From IMG/VR virus record IMGVR_UViG_3300037484_000445, positions 64,001 through 128,000 of that record: a DNA stretch of 64,000 nucleotides, one strand, 5' to 3'. This document shows, one piece after another, positions 1 through 9,385 of the stretch. Numbering within the stretch: position 1 is the first letter of the stretch; each line of letters starts with the position of its first letter. Below the pieces are notes generated by a model. That model searched no databases. It had not been told where the DNA came from and worked only from the letters and a program-made list of their open reading frames with translations. This stretch comes from a virus. Its lineage: Duplodnaviria > Heunggongvirae > Uroviricota > Caudoviricetes. A program made the translations under genes and the position numbers.

Positions 1-324
1 ACGCCACTAAACTTCGCTGTGATTCGTCCTGTGAGTGGCCCGTTTCCGGCGATCCCCACGCAGACTTTCAATGCGGAAAACACGGGACCTGCGGGTTCTT
101 ACCTCGAGTACCAAATCACTCGCCTGACAGGGCTATCTCAGAACTGGTTGGCTGGGTTCAGCCCAACTTATGGGGCTCTCACGTCGGGGACTCAACAGGC
201 TATCACGGTCACAGTGACTCCTGTTGAAGGTTTATTGCCCGGTGTGTACGAGGAAACCTTGAGAGTCAGTGGGTACTCCTTCAATTCTTACGCGGATGTT
301 CTAGTACGACTGACCATTACGTGA
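1..324 (+). CDS. C-terminal part of an Ig-like/BACON-like structural protein (5' truncated)
   Basis: Frame is open from base 1. Beta-rich, with LTSGTQQAITVTVTP...LLPGVYEETLRV resembling BACON/Ig-like domains. Confidence 0.5.
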   Translation, partial: TPLNFAVIRPVSGPFPAIPTQTFNAENTGPAGSYLEYQITRLTGLSQNWLAGFSPTYGALTSGTQQAITVTVTPVEGLLPGVYEETLRVSGYSFNSYADVLVRLTIT

Positions 325-332
325 GGCTAACG

Positions 333-620
333 ATGAGCGACTTCAAATTGGACCAGATTCAAACGGGGTCGTCCGGCATGGATGCCTTTTTCGAGCAAGA
401 ACCCCAGATGATCCAACCATTTGGGCAGAAGGCTGCCGCAACTACAAGGCCTCCCCGTATCAAGGTTGGTTCGTTGGCCCAGCTCAATGGGTTCAATAGG
501 ATTTCAGCTGAAACCCTGATCCACAAGTCAACCCAGGACCTTTGGACCATCACCAATGAGGGTGGTGACCTTTACATCCAACGGTTGTTTTCGGACAACG
601 GGGGCCCTCTAAAGGGTTAA
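333..620 (+). CDS. Hypothetical phage protein, probable head component
   Basis: ORF-track 321..620; the ATG at 333 is the more likely start. Co-oriented and tightly packed. Confidence 0.6.
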   Translation: MSDFKLDQIQTGSSGMDAFFEQEPQMIQPFGQKAAATTRPPRIKVGSLAQLNGFNRISAETLIHKSTQDLWTITNEGGDLYIQRLFSDNGGPLKG

Positions 621-624
621 GGTC

Positions 625-2019
625 TTGAGCACCAACACCGCACAAAGAAGGCTCATAGCCAGGTACCTCAACGCGAAACCCGTGGAGAACAAAATCGATC
701 TTCACACAGAGTTTCCGATTGCTATGTTGCGTCTGGCGGGATCCGAACGAACCGCGGCCTTTCCTCCTTTTTCCAAGAATGGTCCCCCTGAACAACCAGT
801 TGAAGGGGGCGGTACTTCAAAGCGAAACATTCCCAAGGATCACCCTTACGACCCACGATCCTTGAAGCCTATGGCCAAGTCGTTGTGGGCTGCGAGCGTG
901 AGTTTAGGTCATGCCCTAACGGCTTATCGTCACTTGAGCCGCTTGAAGTCCGGTACCATCAGCCCCGATGGGATGCTTGGGGGGCGGGGTTACGTGATGG
1001 GTATAGCGGATATCCGCAAGAAGCTCTATGACGCTTGTGAAGCCCTAAGTGCCATCACGGATACCCTTCACGACGAGATCATGGCACCTCATTGGAAGCC
1101 TCGTTTAGCTCAATTGGATGCTGAAGAGGCCGAGGACGTCGAGAACTACGTTGAGGAATCCCAGGAAATATTAGCCAATCCTGAGGATGAGGCTGAAGAA
1201 GAGGCTGACGAGATCGAAAGTCACAAGCCCAAGGCAAAGGGCGCTGATGACGAAGATGAGAAGGACGAGGACGAAGGATCCTCGGAATTACCCGGTGGTG
1301 GAAGCCCACCTGAAGCGTCGGCACCCCAACCGATGACGCCCAAGATGGCTAATTCGGCGTGGCCTACAGGAGTGCTTCCTGGGGGCCCTAGAATTGTGCA
1401 TTTGGATCGTCAAGATCCAGACCCCAACCCTCCTGAGGCCTACCCTTCCGATGACTGGGGGACTCCAACGGAAAAAGAGTACCTGTACCCCACACCGTTT
1501 ATGGGTGTCACGGTGCAGGCTGAATCCGTTGTGCCCGACGCTACAACGGAAGACACACCCACGGAAGCTTGGGACTTTGGATTGGGCTACGGTGCTCACG
1601 GACAGGGTGCTGGCGGGTACGAGAACCCTTCGGACGAAGGTGTTGGCAACAAGGGTGTTTGGGGACCACACAGTGGTCTGCCTGGAACTCCCCCTATTTC
1701 TTCCGGGGATAGTACACCAGAACTAGATTACAAGACCAATGAACACTTGGCCCAAGGGCTTCTCCCGAATGACGGCCAACCCCCTGTAGCTCGGACGGAC
1801 TATTTCCGTGGGGATCGTGGAAATCTGATCAACACGCAATCCACTTTACCAGGAGAGTCGACGCCAAGCGGAGAGTTTGCTCCTAGCTTGATGAACACCG
1901 ACTTCACCTATGAGGACGTAGAAACCCCTTACGTCCGATATGACTACACCACTCACGATTACAGGAAAGACCCCCTTCATGCTTGGCCTCAAAAAGCTGA
2001 GCAGGACAAAGAGCCATGA
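625..2019 (+). CDS. Acidic/Pro-rich hypothetical protein, probable internal head protein
   Basis: 464-aa ORF with N-terminal RRLIARYLNA motif, RTA/KMA/VQA motifs and low-complexity acidic tracts. Confidence 0.7.
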   Translation: MSTNTAQRRLIARYLNAKPVENKIDLHTEFPIAMLRLAGSERTAAFPPFSKNGPPEQPVEGGGTSKRNIPKDHPYDPRSLKPMAKSLWAASVSLGHALTAYRHLSRLKSGTISPDGMLGGRGYVMGIADIRKKLYDACEALSAITDTLHDEIMAPHWKPRLAQLDAEEAEDVENYVEESQEILANPEDEAEEEADEIESHKPKAKGADDEDEKDEDEGSSELPGGGSPPEASAPQPMTPKMANSAWPTGVLPGGPRIVHLDRQDPDPNPPEAYPSDDWGTPTEKEYLYPTPFMGVTVQAESVVPDATTEDTPTEAWDFGLGYGAHGQGAGGYENPSDEGVGNKGVWGPHSGLPGTPPISSGDSTPELDYKTNEHLAQGLLPNDGQPPVARTDYFRGDRGNLINTQSTLPGESTPSGEFAPSLMNTDFTYEDVETPYVRYDYTTHDYRKDPLHAWPQKAEQDKEP

Positions 2020-3983
2020 CTGAACTTGGAGACTTGACTAGCTTCTTCAAAGAGGGTTCAGCTGTTTCCAACCTCGATTGGTTGGACGTTGACGAGCAAG
2101 CCTATCGTGAGTTGGAGACGCTCCCGAAGCAGAACTTGGATATAGCTCCAGACCTTGAGGCTCTGTGGAGTCATCAAGATGGGTCTCCGTCCAAACTCGT
2201 TCCAAACACAGGTGCCCCAAGAACTATGGGGGATCTTTCTGAGGCTCACGGGCGACTGCGTTCGGTGCCTGAGGATTTGATCCGAACGGCTCGATTGGCC
2301 ATAATCCAAACGACGAACCCCCAAAAGATCAGTAACTTACTGAAGGTTCGTTATGACGGCGATACCCTGGCCGCGGCGAAAACAGCCTTAGGTCAGGTAT
2401 TTGCTGAGCGTGGTCTATTGGGCAGGCTCTATATTGCTGCCAGCGATTTCACCAATTGTCAGGCATCGGCGGACTTTGTTCGACGCTTTGCTTCCGAGGC
2501 TAAGTACGTTTTAGCCAAGCAAGCTTGCGGTGATTGTACCCGCAGACATGCCCAGGCTAATGGATCCAGTCATTGTAGTGTGTTTCACAAGGAAATACAG
2601 CTGGATGTTCCCTACTCAGAGGCTTTGGCTCGCGAAGTCGAAAAGCGAGAAGTTTCTAAGAGTAAGGCAATACAAGCCTCGAGTGCAGATCCTAAAGAGA
2701 GGATCCGTAATGCCTTCTTGGCAGAGGAGTTCGCAACCTCAGCTAGCTTCACAGGACGTACTCAGGTGGTTTCACCTCGAGTGGCCGTTGATACTAGTCA
2801 GGTTCTGATATCTGCCGAGAACCTGACCAAACAACGTAAGGCTAGCGAGCAAAAGGCCCTAGCTGAAGTCAAAGCTCGTCCAATTGTGGCCCTACTCCGT
2901 CGAGAGATGATCAAAGGTCGCTCCGCTGAAGAGTTGGTCAAGACCTTGAGGTTGGCATTCGATGTTAGGGACTTGGGTGAGACTCAAGCCGTGTGGGCTC
3001 CTTTGTTTAAGGAAGCTGGCCTCTATGGTGCAGTCTACATCACACAGGAATCCTTCGACGATTGCCGTGAAGGGGCTGACTTCACGAACAAGCATGCTTC
3101 CAAGGCTAGGGCCATTGTGGCCGGCAACAAATGCTCTAGTTGCTTCTTCCGTCAGGCAGCTCGTTGCATGATGTACGGCCGTAAGCTGATTGGTTCGGCT
3201 GAAGAGGTGCTCACAACCGAAACCGTTCAAGCCGTGATTGATGAAGGTCGTATCGCTGGTAAACTGCCCTACGACGCAGCTCAGAGGCATTGGGGGTCTA
3301 CTCCAGTAGAGGCTCTGAAAGCCCTTCACAAGGCAGCCTCGGCGCCCCTGGCTGGGACCGTCTTGGATGTCCGCGGTACCATTGAAAGAGCCTTCCATGG
3401 TGCCACCCGCGTCACTCAGACAGGTGAGCTCACGAAGCGCAACATTGTAAAGGCAACTTCGCGGTATCTGAATGAAGGTCTTTATGGAGAAGACCTCAAA
3501 CAGGTACTTCAGAGTAGCTTTGGCCCGAGGGATCTTCTGGCTGCAGCCCAAGAACTCAAGGTGGTTCTGGCTGAGCAAGGACTCCAAGGCATCAAGTACA
3601 TCGATCCGACAGTCTATGCCGATTACGGAAAGGGTTGTGCTGAAGCGTCTCGGCTTCATCGATCGCGATCTGCAGTTCGCTACGCAAAGGTGGGTCCCAG
3701 TTGTGGATCTTGTGTCCACCAATCTTGCCCAGGTACATGCTCGGTCCTCAACAAGCTGTTAGTCGTTGAGCCCCCCTATATTGACAAGTTGGCAGAACAG
3801 CAAGCCATCCTAGATTCAGGGCGTTCGACAGAGGTTACTTACGCCTCTTTGGTGAACAACGGTCTCACAACAATGCAGGAGTACCAGTTGCAGAACCAAG
3901 ACATGTCCTTGGATCTCAATCCTGTAATGGCTTCAGATGCCACTTGGGTTGAGTTTGGTGTGCAGCAGGAGCTCAAACTGTGA
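2016..3983 (+). CDS. Cys-rich protein with three internal repeats (putative Zn-binding)
   Basis: Three units of E.GL.G..YI...C..C...C..(F/Y/L).K with cores CGDC, CSSC and CGSC. ATGA overlap with the upstream gene. Confidence 0.75.
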   Translation: MTELGDLTSFFKEGSAVSNLDWLDVDEQAYRELETLPKQNLDIAPDLEALWSHQDGSPSKLVPNTGAPRTMGDLSEAHGRLRSVPEDLIRTARLAIIQTTNPQKISNLLKVRYDGDTLAAAKTALGQVFAERGLLGRLYIAASDFTNCQASADFVRRFASEAKYVLAKQACGDCTRRHAQANGSSHCSVFHKEIQLDVPYSEALAREVEKREVSKSKAIQASSADPKERIRNAFLAEEFATSASFTGRTQVVSPRVAVDTSQVLISAENLTKQRKASEQKALAEVKARPIVALLRREMIKGRSAEELVKTLRLAFDVRDLGETQAVWAPLFKEAGLYGAVYITQESFDDCREGADFTNKHASKARAIVAGNKCSSCFFRQAARCMMYGRKLIGSAEEVLTTETVQAVIDEGRIAGKLPYDAAQRHWGSTPVEALKALHKAASAPLAGTVLDVRGTIERAFHGATRVTQTGELTKRNIVKATSRYLNEGLYGEDLKQVLQSSFGPRDLLAAAQELKVVLAEQGLQGIKYIDPTVYADYGKGCAEASRLHRSRSAVRYAKVGPSCGSCVHQSCPGTCSVLNKLLVVEPPYIDKLAEQQAILDSGRSTEVTYASLVNNGLTTMQEYQLQNQDMSLDLNPVMASDATWVEFGVQQELKL

Positions 3984-4471
3984 AACGTCTTCGTGGCCAA
4001 TACGAGTATGTAGCCATTTTTGATGACGCCTCCTATTTTCCGGGCGTGTCAAAGGCGGCTAAAAAAGTTGCCGCTGCTTTTAGGGCTTCGACAGTGGTTC
4101 ATCGTTTGGTCGCTCGTTACAAGACAGCAAATCAGCCTCCAGGAGCTCGGCAGAAGGCTAGGAAGAACACGAACCCCATCAACAAACCTAGGGGTATTGT
4201 CAAGGAAGTAGCCAAAGAACACGGCGCTATGCGAGTAGAGGGGGACGACAACGTCAGGCCTCAATCTCGAGACATTTTGCCTAAGGACGTCTTCACACCC
4301 ACCCCCGATCATACAGGGGTCCTGAACCTAGCTCAGAGTGGGAAGGACTTGTCCAAACCTATCAATAAGCAGGTCCCCAAGGATAAGGGTTACGACGTTG
4401 TTCGCAACCTCTCTCAGTACCTGATCCGAACGAAAGGTACCGGAGAAGAGGGGACCGAGGAAGGTCGTTAG
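3980..4471 (+). CDS. Basic hypothetical protein, probable internal head protein
   Basis: 163 aa; carries HRLVARYKTA; GTGA overlap with the upstream gene. Confidence 0.7.
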   Translation: MKRLRGQYEYVAIFDDASYFPGVSKAAKKVAAAFRASTVVHRLVARYKTANQPPGARQKARKNTNPINKPRGIVKEVAKEHGAMRVEGDDNVRPQSRDILPKDVFTPTPDHTGVLNLAQSGKDLSKPINKQVPKDKGYDVVRNLSQYLIRTKGTGEEGTEEGR

Positions 4472-4472
4472 T

Positions 4473-5093
4473 ATGTCAGACGGGAATAGCACGTCCATTG
4501 AATCAGTCCCACCAACAGACGACAACAAGCCCATAGGGTCCGTCGCCAAAGTGGTCGGTTTACCCCTACCAATTCACGCGGTTACAGGGGGTCAAGTAGT
4601 CAAGAGGCGCCCGGGTAGGCCCAAGAAGATCAACCCACGTCCAACTATGGAGGATCTCGACTACCATGCCGAGACGTCCAAGCTGAAGGATGCCTTCATT
4701 CAACAGGATCCTCTGGTTAAGGCGGCTTCTTCAGGCCAAACATCCATCGAGGTCCTTCAACGGATTAAGACCGAGATTGCTCGGGAGTCCGCGGCTCTTC
4801 TGTTCGCTCGCAATGAGGAGGAAAAGTACGGCCGAGACACCTCACAGATGTCTTCTAGGCGTATCTCGGCTCTTCGTGAGATTGCCAGTCTAGAGATGGA
4901 GATTAGAACTCTAGGATCGACTGTGATTGATCTTCGCAGTGAGCAATTCCAGAAGATCATCTCCTACTTCTTGGAATGCATCAAAGAGGTGGCCGTCGAA
5001 ACTCTCACTACAGAGCAGGTGAATATCTTCTTCAATCGTCTCGAGACAAGACTCGAGGATTGGGAGGAACGTGCCCAGAATTTGGTTCGGTGA
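4473..5093 (+). CDS. Probable terminase small subunit
   Basis: Immediately upstream of the large terminase. AT-hook-like KRRPGRPKK followed by a helical C-terminal region. Confidence 0.55.
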   Translation: MSDGNSTSIESVPPTDDNKPIGSVAKVVGLPLPIHAVTGGQVVKRRPGRPKKINPRPTMEDLDYHAETSKLKDAFIQQDPLVKAASSGQTSIEVLQRIKTEIARESAALLFARNEEEKYGRDTSQMSSRRISALREIASLEMEIRTLGSTVIDLRSEQFQKIISYFLECIKEVAVETLTTEQVNIFFNRLETRLEDWEERAQNLVR

Positions 5094-5096
5094 TTT

Positions 5097-7088
5097 ATGG
5101 CCAAAACCAAAGGCCTGTCCAGCCTTGTTCGTCAGGTTGGGCAAAAGATCAGAAGCAACAGCGGGGGCGAGGTAGTCGGGTCTGATGGTCCGAAGATTTT
5201 CAATATTCTCGACTACATAGAACAGCCTTGGGGTCTCAACATGACCCTTTACCCAGCTCAGCGCTTCATTGTGAAGCTCTACTATGGGTTGGAGTTGGAC
5301 ACCACCTTACCTGAGGATCCCAATCAGCGGATCCAGGTGACGGATATGTTCAAGTCCGAGGTGAAGTACGAGTTCACCGAGGTGGAGTACCTTCATTACC
5401 TGTTCAATGAGGGTCGATGTAACATTGGTGCTCAGGACCATAGCCGACGAGAGTTGGTTATGCCCATCGGTCGCCGTGGCGGCAAGACTACTCTTTCAGG
5501 CATTTTTGCCAGTTATGAGATCTACCGCCTTCTCAACCTGTACAACCCACAGTCTTACTATGGGTTGCCGAATGGCAACCGTATTCAGATCATGTCGGTT
5601 GCAACAGGCAAAGAGCAGGCTGGTTTGCTCTTCAATGAAGTCACCTCGCATTTAGCCAAGTGCGAGTACTTTAGCCCTTTCATTGCGAACAACACCCTGT
5701 CGCATGTGAATTTTCGTACCCCCTACGACATTGAGAAGTTCGGGCCAGCCGCTCGACAAGAGAACGGCAAGTTCGTCAGCTTCAATGGTAAGGCCACTCT
5801 TCGCGTAACCTTCAATAGCTGCATAGCTAAGGGTCTTCGTGGTCACGGTAACATCGTGATCATTTTGGATGAGGTCGCTCACTTTCAGGACAAGGGCAAT
5901 AGTTCGGCTCAAGAGGTTTACAACGCTGTTACGCCGTCGTCAGCCGCCTTCTCCTACAAGGATCCTAAGACTCACCGTCCTGCCATCGATCGCGTAACGG
6001 GCAAAGAGGCAGAAGTCGAGAGTCGCATTATCTTGATTTCGTCCCCCTTAGGTCGTTCGGGGTTGTTTTACAACCGCTACGACTTAGCCATGAGAGGTGG
6101 CGAAGGGGCCGAGAACATTCTGGCTATTCAGGCACCTACTTGGGAGATCAATCCTACGGTTCCGGGGGCCTACTACAAGCAAAAGTACCATGAAAACCCA
6201 CCAGTTTTCATGGTTGAGCACGGGGCACAATTCAGCGACCAAACTCGAGGCTGGATTGAGCGTGAATCGGATCTCACAGCTTGTATTAGGTCTTCGTTGC
6301 GCCCCAAGAGAATGGCTGCCCCGCGGCAACCCCATCAAATGGGGATTGACGTTGGTTTGGTCCGTGGTGGCGACGGTACCACTGTAGCCATCACACACAC
6401 AGAGGAAGACCGGATAATTCTTGATTACCATGAGGGCTGGTACGCCGGCATCGATTGGCGTGTAACTAACCCTCACTTGGATGGGATTTTTTCGGTCGAT
6501 TATGCCCGTAGAATAGCCGACGTTGAACGCCTGGACTTTGACGAGATCGCCGAGTGGATCAAATCCCTTTGCCAGAAGTTCCACATTACGGCTGGGTTAT
6601 TTGACCGTTGGAACGGTATTCCGCTTGAACAAGCCCTACATAAGAAAGGCCTGAAGCAGTTCAAGTCAGAGTTCTTTCCGAGGGACACAACGAGCAAAAT
6701 CTACCAAACCGTCAAGATGACCATGTACGACCAGAAGTTGGTTCTCTATGACTACCCCTTACCTGAACGTGTCACAGAGGGATCTCGTCATTCCCCTCTG
6801 ATTGCAGAGCTATTGTCTCTGCAAGCCACCCAGGTTTCCAAGAACATGGTGGTCGTCGAAGCCCCGGAAAAATCAGGTAGTCACGACGATTTCAGCGATG
6901 CCTTGGTCCGGTCTGTCTGGCTTTCGACCGAAGTCATTATGAACCGCAAGCACACTTCTCACGGGAGTCCTTATCATCCGGTAATAGCATCATCTATGAG
7001 TCCTCAACGGTACCAACTGTCGCGAGCTCGACACCACGGTATAAGTGACCGTAGTTTGGTTGGTCGTAGCATTGTGAGGCCGAGGTAA
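5097..7088 (+). CDS. terL: Terminase large subunit
   Basis: Walker A GRRGGKT, Walker B IILDEVAHF, coupling motif ISS, nuclease acidic motifs GIDVG and HDDFSDA. Confidence 0.93.
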   Translation: MAKTKGLSSLVRQVGQKIRSNSGGEVVGSDGPKIFNILDYIEQPWGLNMTLYPAQRFIVKLYYGLELDTTLPEDPNQRIQVTDMFKSEVKYEFTEVEYLHYLFNEGRCNIGAQDHSRRELVMPIGRRGGKTTLSGIFASYEIYRLLNLYNPQSYYGLPNGNRIQIMSVATGKEQAGLLFNEVTSHLAKCEYFSPFIANNTLSHVNFRTPYDIEKFGPAARQENGKFVSFNGKATLRVTFNSCIAKGLRGHGNIVIILDEVAHFQDKGNSSAQEVYNAVTPSSAAFSYKDPKTHRPAIDRVTGKEAEVESRIILISSPLGRSGLFYNRYDLAMRGGEGAENILAIQAPTWEINPTVPGAYYKQKYHENPPVFMVEHGAQFSDQTRGWIERESDLTACIRSSLRPKRMAAPRQPHQMGIDVGLVRGGDGTTVAITHTEEDRIILDYHEGWYAGIDWRVTNPHLDGIFSVDYARRIADVERLDFDEIAEWIKSLCQKFHITAGLFDRWNGIPLEQALHKKGLKQFKSEFFPRDTTSKIYQTVKMTMYDQKLVLYDYPLPERVTEGSRHSPLIAELLSLQATQVSKNMVVVEAPEKSGSHDDFSDALVRSVWLSTEVIMNRKHTSHGSPYHPVIASSMSPQRYQLSRARHHGISDRSLVGRSIVRPR

Positions 7089-7090
7089 TT

Positions 7091-7342
7091 TTGGATACCC
7101 CTAAGGACCCCCCTAGCGTATTCGCCAACAGAGTGATTCGGCAGATTGCCGACCATTTGTTGGGTGAGGACTTGGTCATCGAGCCTAAGGACTTCATGAT
7201 TTTGCGGTTGGTCTATCGGCGTTTGGGCGGCACTTGGGATGGATTGATTCACGGTAACGGTAAGTACCTACAGATTCTGGAGAAGACCATCACCAATTGG
7301 GGGAAGATGCCAGGGCGCAAGCGGGAGAGTCCTGATGCTTGA
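7091..7342 (+). CDS. Small hypothetical protein
   Basis: 83 aa, TTG start after GAGGT, fills the gap between terL and the next gene. Confidence 0.55.
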   Translation: MDTPKDPPSVFANRVIRQIADHLLGEDLVIEPKDFMILRLVYRRLGGTWDGLIHGNGKYLQILEKTITNWGKMPGRKRESPDA

Positions 7343-7856
7343 GCAGGCACGTACTAGAGACTGTGTCATTCTTTACAAGGGTGACGCCTATCCGGTAACG
7401 GTTGATCCCGTTATGGCGGCTACTGGATGGCGTGGGGGTCAAGGGGTTCAGTGGGTATCTTCCTCCAAGGATGAACTTCTAGTTACCTTCTCGGATGGTC
7501 TATACTCAGGGTTTTTGCTCTGGGGATCCGATGAATCCTCTGACCTCCATACGGCTTCAACCCGGAATCAACCTGCCTACCAGTTCACAACTATTGGTGC
7601 TGGTGGCTGGATTATCATGACCAACACCTTTGAGAAGTACACGTACACTTCTCGAACGGGTGGAGGTCCTCTGGTTCCTATTGTTTACAACGCCAGTGAC
7701 CGATTGGTTTTTTCTCTCAGAGGCTACTTTACTAAGGAAGACGAATGGACCCTGTCGGGGGATCCGAGAGCTCCCAACGACTACTTCATCGCCTTCGTGA
7801 TACAGGCGCCTAGTGCCGTCACTTCTGACTACATGACGATCCAGGTGTCCATATGA
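7335..7856 (+). CDS. Capsid cement/decoration-like protein, paralogue 1
   Basis: Full-length similarity to the next two ORFs. C-terminal half resembles the pre-MCP gene 18658..19293. Confidence 0.65.
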   Translation: MLEQARTRDCVILYKGDAYPVTVDPVMAATGWRGGQGVQWVSSSKDELLVTFSDGLYSGFLLWGSDESSDLHTASTRNQPAYQFTTIGAGGWIIMTNTFEKYTYTSRTGGGPLVPIVYNASDRLVFSLRGYFTKEDEWTLSGDPRAPNDYFIAFVIQAPSAVTSDYMTIQVSI

Positions 7857-8371
7857 GCGAACTCTTCCGCACCCGGGACTGTGTCGTCCTTTTCAAGGGG
7901 GATGCCTACACAGTTTCTTTGTCGACAGCCCTACGCAACAACGGTTGGTCTGGTGGTCAAGGTGTGATGTGGGAAGACTCTTCTTTGGATGAGTTTCGTG
8001 TTACATTTTCCAACGGTCTCTACGGTGGGTTCTTGTTGTGGGGGTCTGACGAATCCTCGGATCAGTATGTCTCTTTCTTGAGGAATCAAGTAGTCGTCGG
8101 CGCCGGGGTGATTTGCTTGGGGGGTTGGTTGATCACTACGAGCACCTATGAGAAGTACACTTACACTTCTCGTACTGGTGGCGGACCCTTGATCCCAATC
8201 GTTTACCAAGAGGGCCTTCGTCTCAGGTTCTCTCTTAGAGGTCTTTGGACTATCGAGGATGAATGGAATTTGTCGAATCCCTTGACCTCCAACCCCTATT
8301 TCGTTGGATCTGTGACACAAGCGCCTAAGGCTTCGAACAACAACTATCTTGGTATTCAAACGTCAATCTAA
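7853..8371 (+). CDS. Capsid cement/decoration-like protein, paralogue 2
   Basis: Shares RTRDC..KGD, GW.GGQGV.W, GLYGGFLLWGSDE and YEKYTYTSRTGGGP with its neighbours. Confidence 0.65.
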   Translation: MSELFRTRDCVVLFKGDAYTVSLSTALRNNGWSGGQGVMWEDSSLDEFRVTFSNGLYGGFLLWGSDESSDQYVSFLRNQVVVGAGVICLGGWLITTSTYEKYTYTSRTGGGPLIPIVYQEGLRLRFSLRGLWTIEDEWNLSNPLTSNPYFVGSVTQAPKASNNNYLGIQTSI

Positions 8372-8895
8372 TGACTGAAATCATTCGAACCCGTAACTGT
8401 AACGTCTACTTCAAGGGTGACTCCACAACGGTCACCATTTCGGACGCTATGGTGGCTTCTGGCTGGGCTGGGGGTCAGGGGGTCCAATGGGTAGGGGCCG
8501 TTGGGGATGACCGCGTAGTAACCTATTCAAGTGGGTTGTACGGGGGTTTTCTCATTTGGGGCTCAGATGAGCCTGGTGATGACTTTGCGGCCATTACCCG
8601 GCAACAACCAGCCTATCGCTACGCCACCATGTGCTTTGGGGGGTCTCTACTGACAACCTCGACCTACGAGCGGTACACCTACGCTTCTCGAGTTGCGGGG
8701 GGTCCCCAGGTTCCGTTGACCTACAACATCAATGACCCACTGTACTTTTCATCTCGAGGTTTGTTCACCAACGAGGATGAATTGTCTCAACAAGTGCCTA
8801 TAAGCCTGTTGGCACCAGCATTCTTTGTGGGATTTGTGGCCCAAGTACCCAAGGCCTCTAACGATTATTGGTTGGGTGTTCAAACTAGTATGTGA
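8371..8895 (+). CDS. Capsid cement/decoration-like protein, paralogue 3
   Basis: Same motifs as the two preceding ORFs; TAATG coupling. Confidence 0.65.
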   Translation: MTEIIRTRNCNVYFKGDSTTVTISDAMVASGWAGGQGVQWVGAVGDDRVVTYSSGLYGGFLIWGSDEPGDDFAAITRQQPAYRYATMCFGGSLLTTSTYERYTYASRVAGGPQVPLTYNINDPLYFSSRGLFTNEDELSQQVPISLLAPAFFVGFVAQVPKASNDYWLGVQTSM

Positions 8896-8911
8896 TAGTG
8901 TGAGTGAGCAT

Positions 8912-9385
8912 ATGCCAAGCCCCTCTACCCCAGAATCCTCAGCTGCCAAACGTGTCGAGCATGAGGCTGCTCTTGCCGAGCGTGAAGAACGTGAGGTTGA
9001 GGCGTTAATCCAGAAAGTTAGGGAAGCTAAGAGCGAAGCCATGGAAAAGCTCTTGGCTTTGGGCACTTGTGCAGATGCCTTACGCCAACATGGGCGCCGT
9101 AACCACACGGACATGTCCGGTGCCTTGATTATGTTTGCCACGGCCCACATGAGAATTGCGGGGGCCGCAATTCAAGGGATCCGTCGGACAGGCCCAGTTG
9201 ATCGTGTAGTTGATCGCGCCAAGTCTGAAAGGACTGAGGCCATCCGTTTCGAGGAAGAGCGTTTGGTGAGAGAAAATTCCCGCAAGGCTCGCGAGAAAGC
9301 TCAACGACAGGTCGATCGTCTAACCTTCCCTGTTGATAACGACGCTATCGATGAACTTTACGGGGAGGTAGATTCAGATGCCTAA
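8912..9385 (+). CDS. Coiled-coil hypothetical protein
   Basis: ORF-track 8825..9385; the ATG at 8912 avoids overlap. Charged and helical. Confidence 0.6.
   Translation: MPSPSTPESSAAKRVEHEAALAEREEREVEALIQKVREAKSEAMEKLLALGTCADALRQHGRRNHTDMSGALIMFATAHMRIAGAAIQGIRRTGPVDRVVDRAKSERTEAIRFEEERLVRENSRKAREKAQRQVDRLTFPVDNDAIDELYGEVDSDA

Noticed and set aside
2892-3722. 276-aa antisense ORF, and many similar ones (e.g. 12904..13512, 22961..23542)
   Set aside because: All are nested opposite credible + strand genes and lack recognisable motifs or expression signals; they are explained by codon bias.
7335-8895. Diversity-generating retroelement template/variable repeats
   Set aside because: Similarity spans whole genes, differences are not confined to adenines, and no reverse transcriptase is present in the window.
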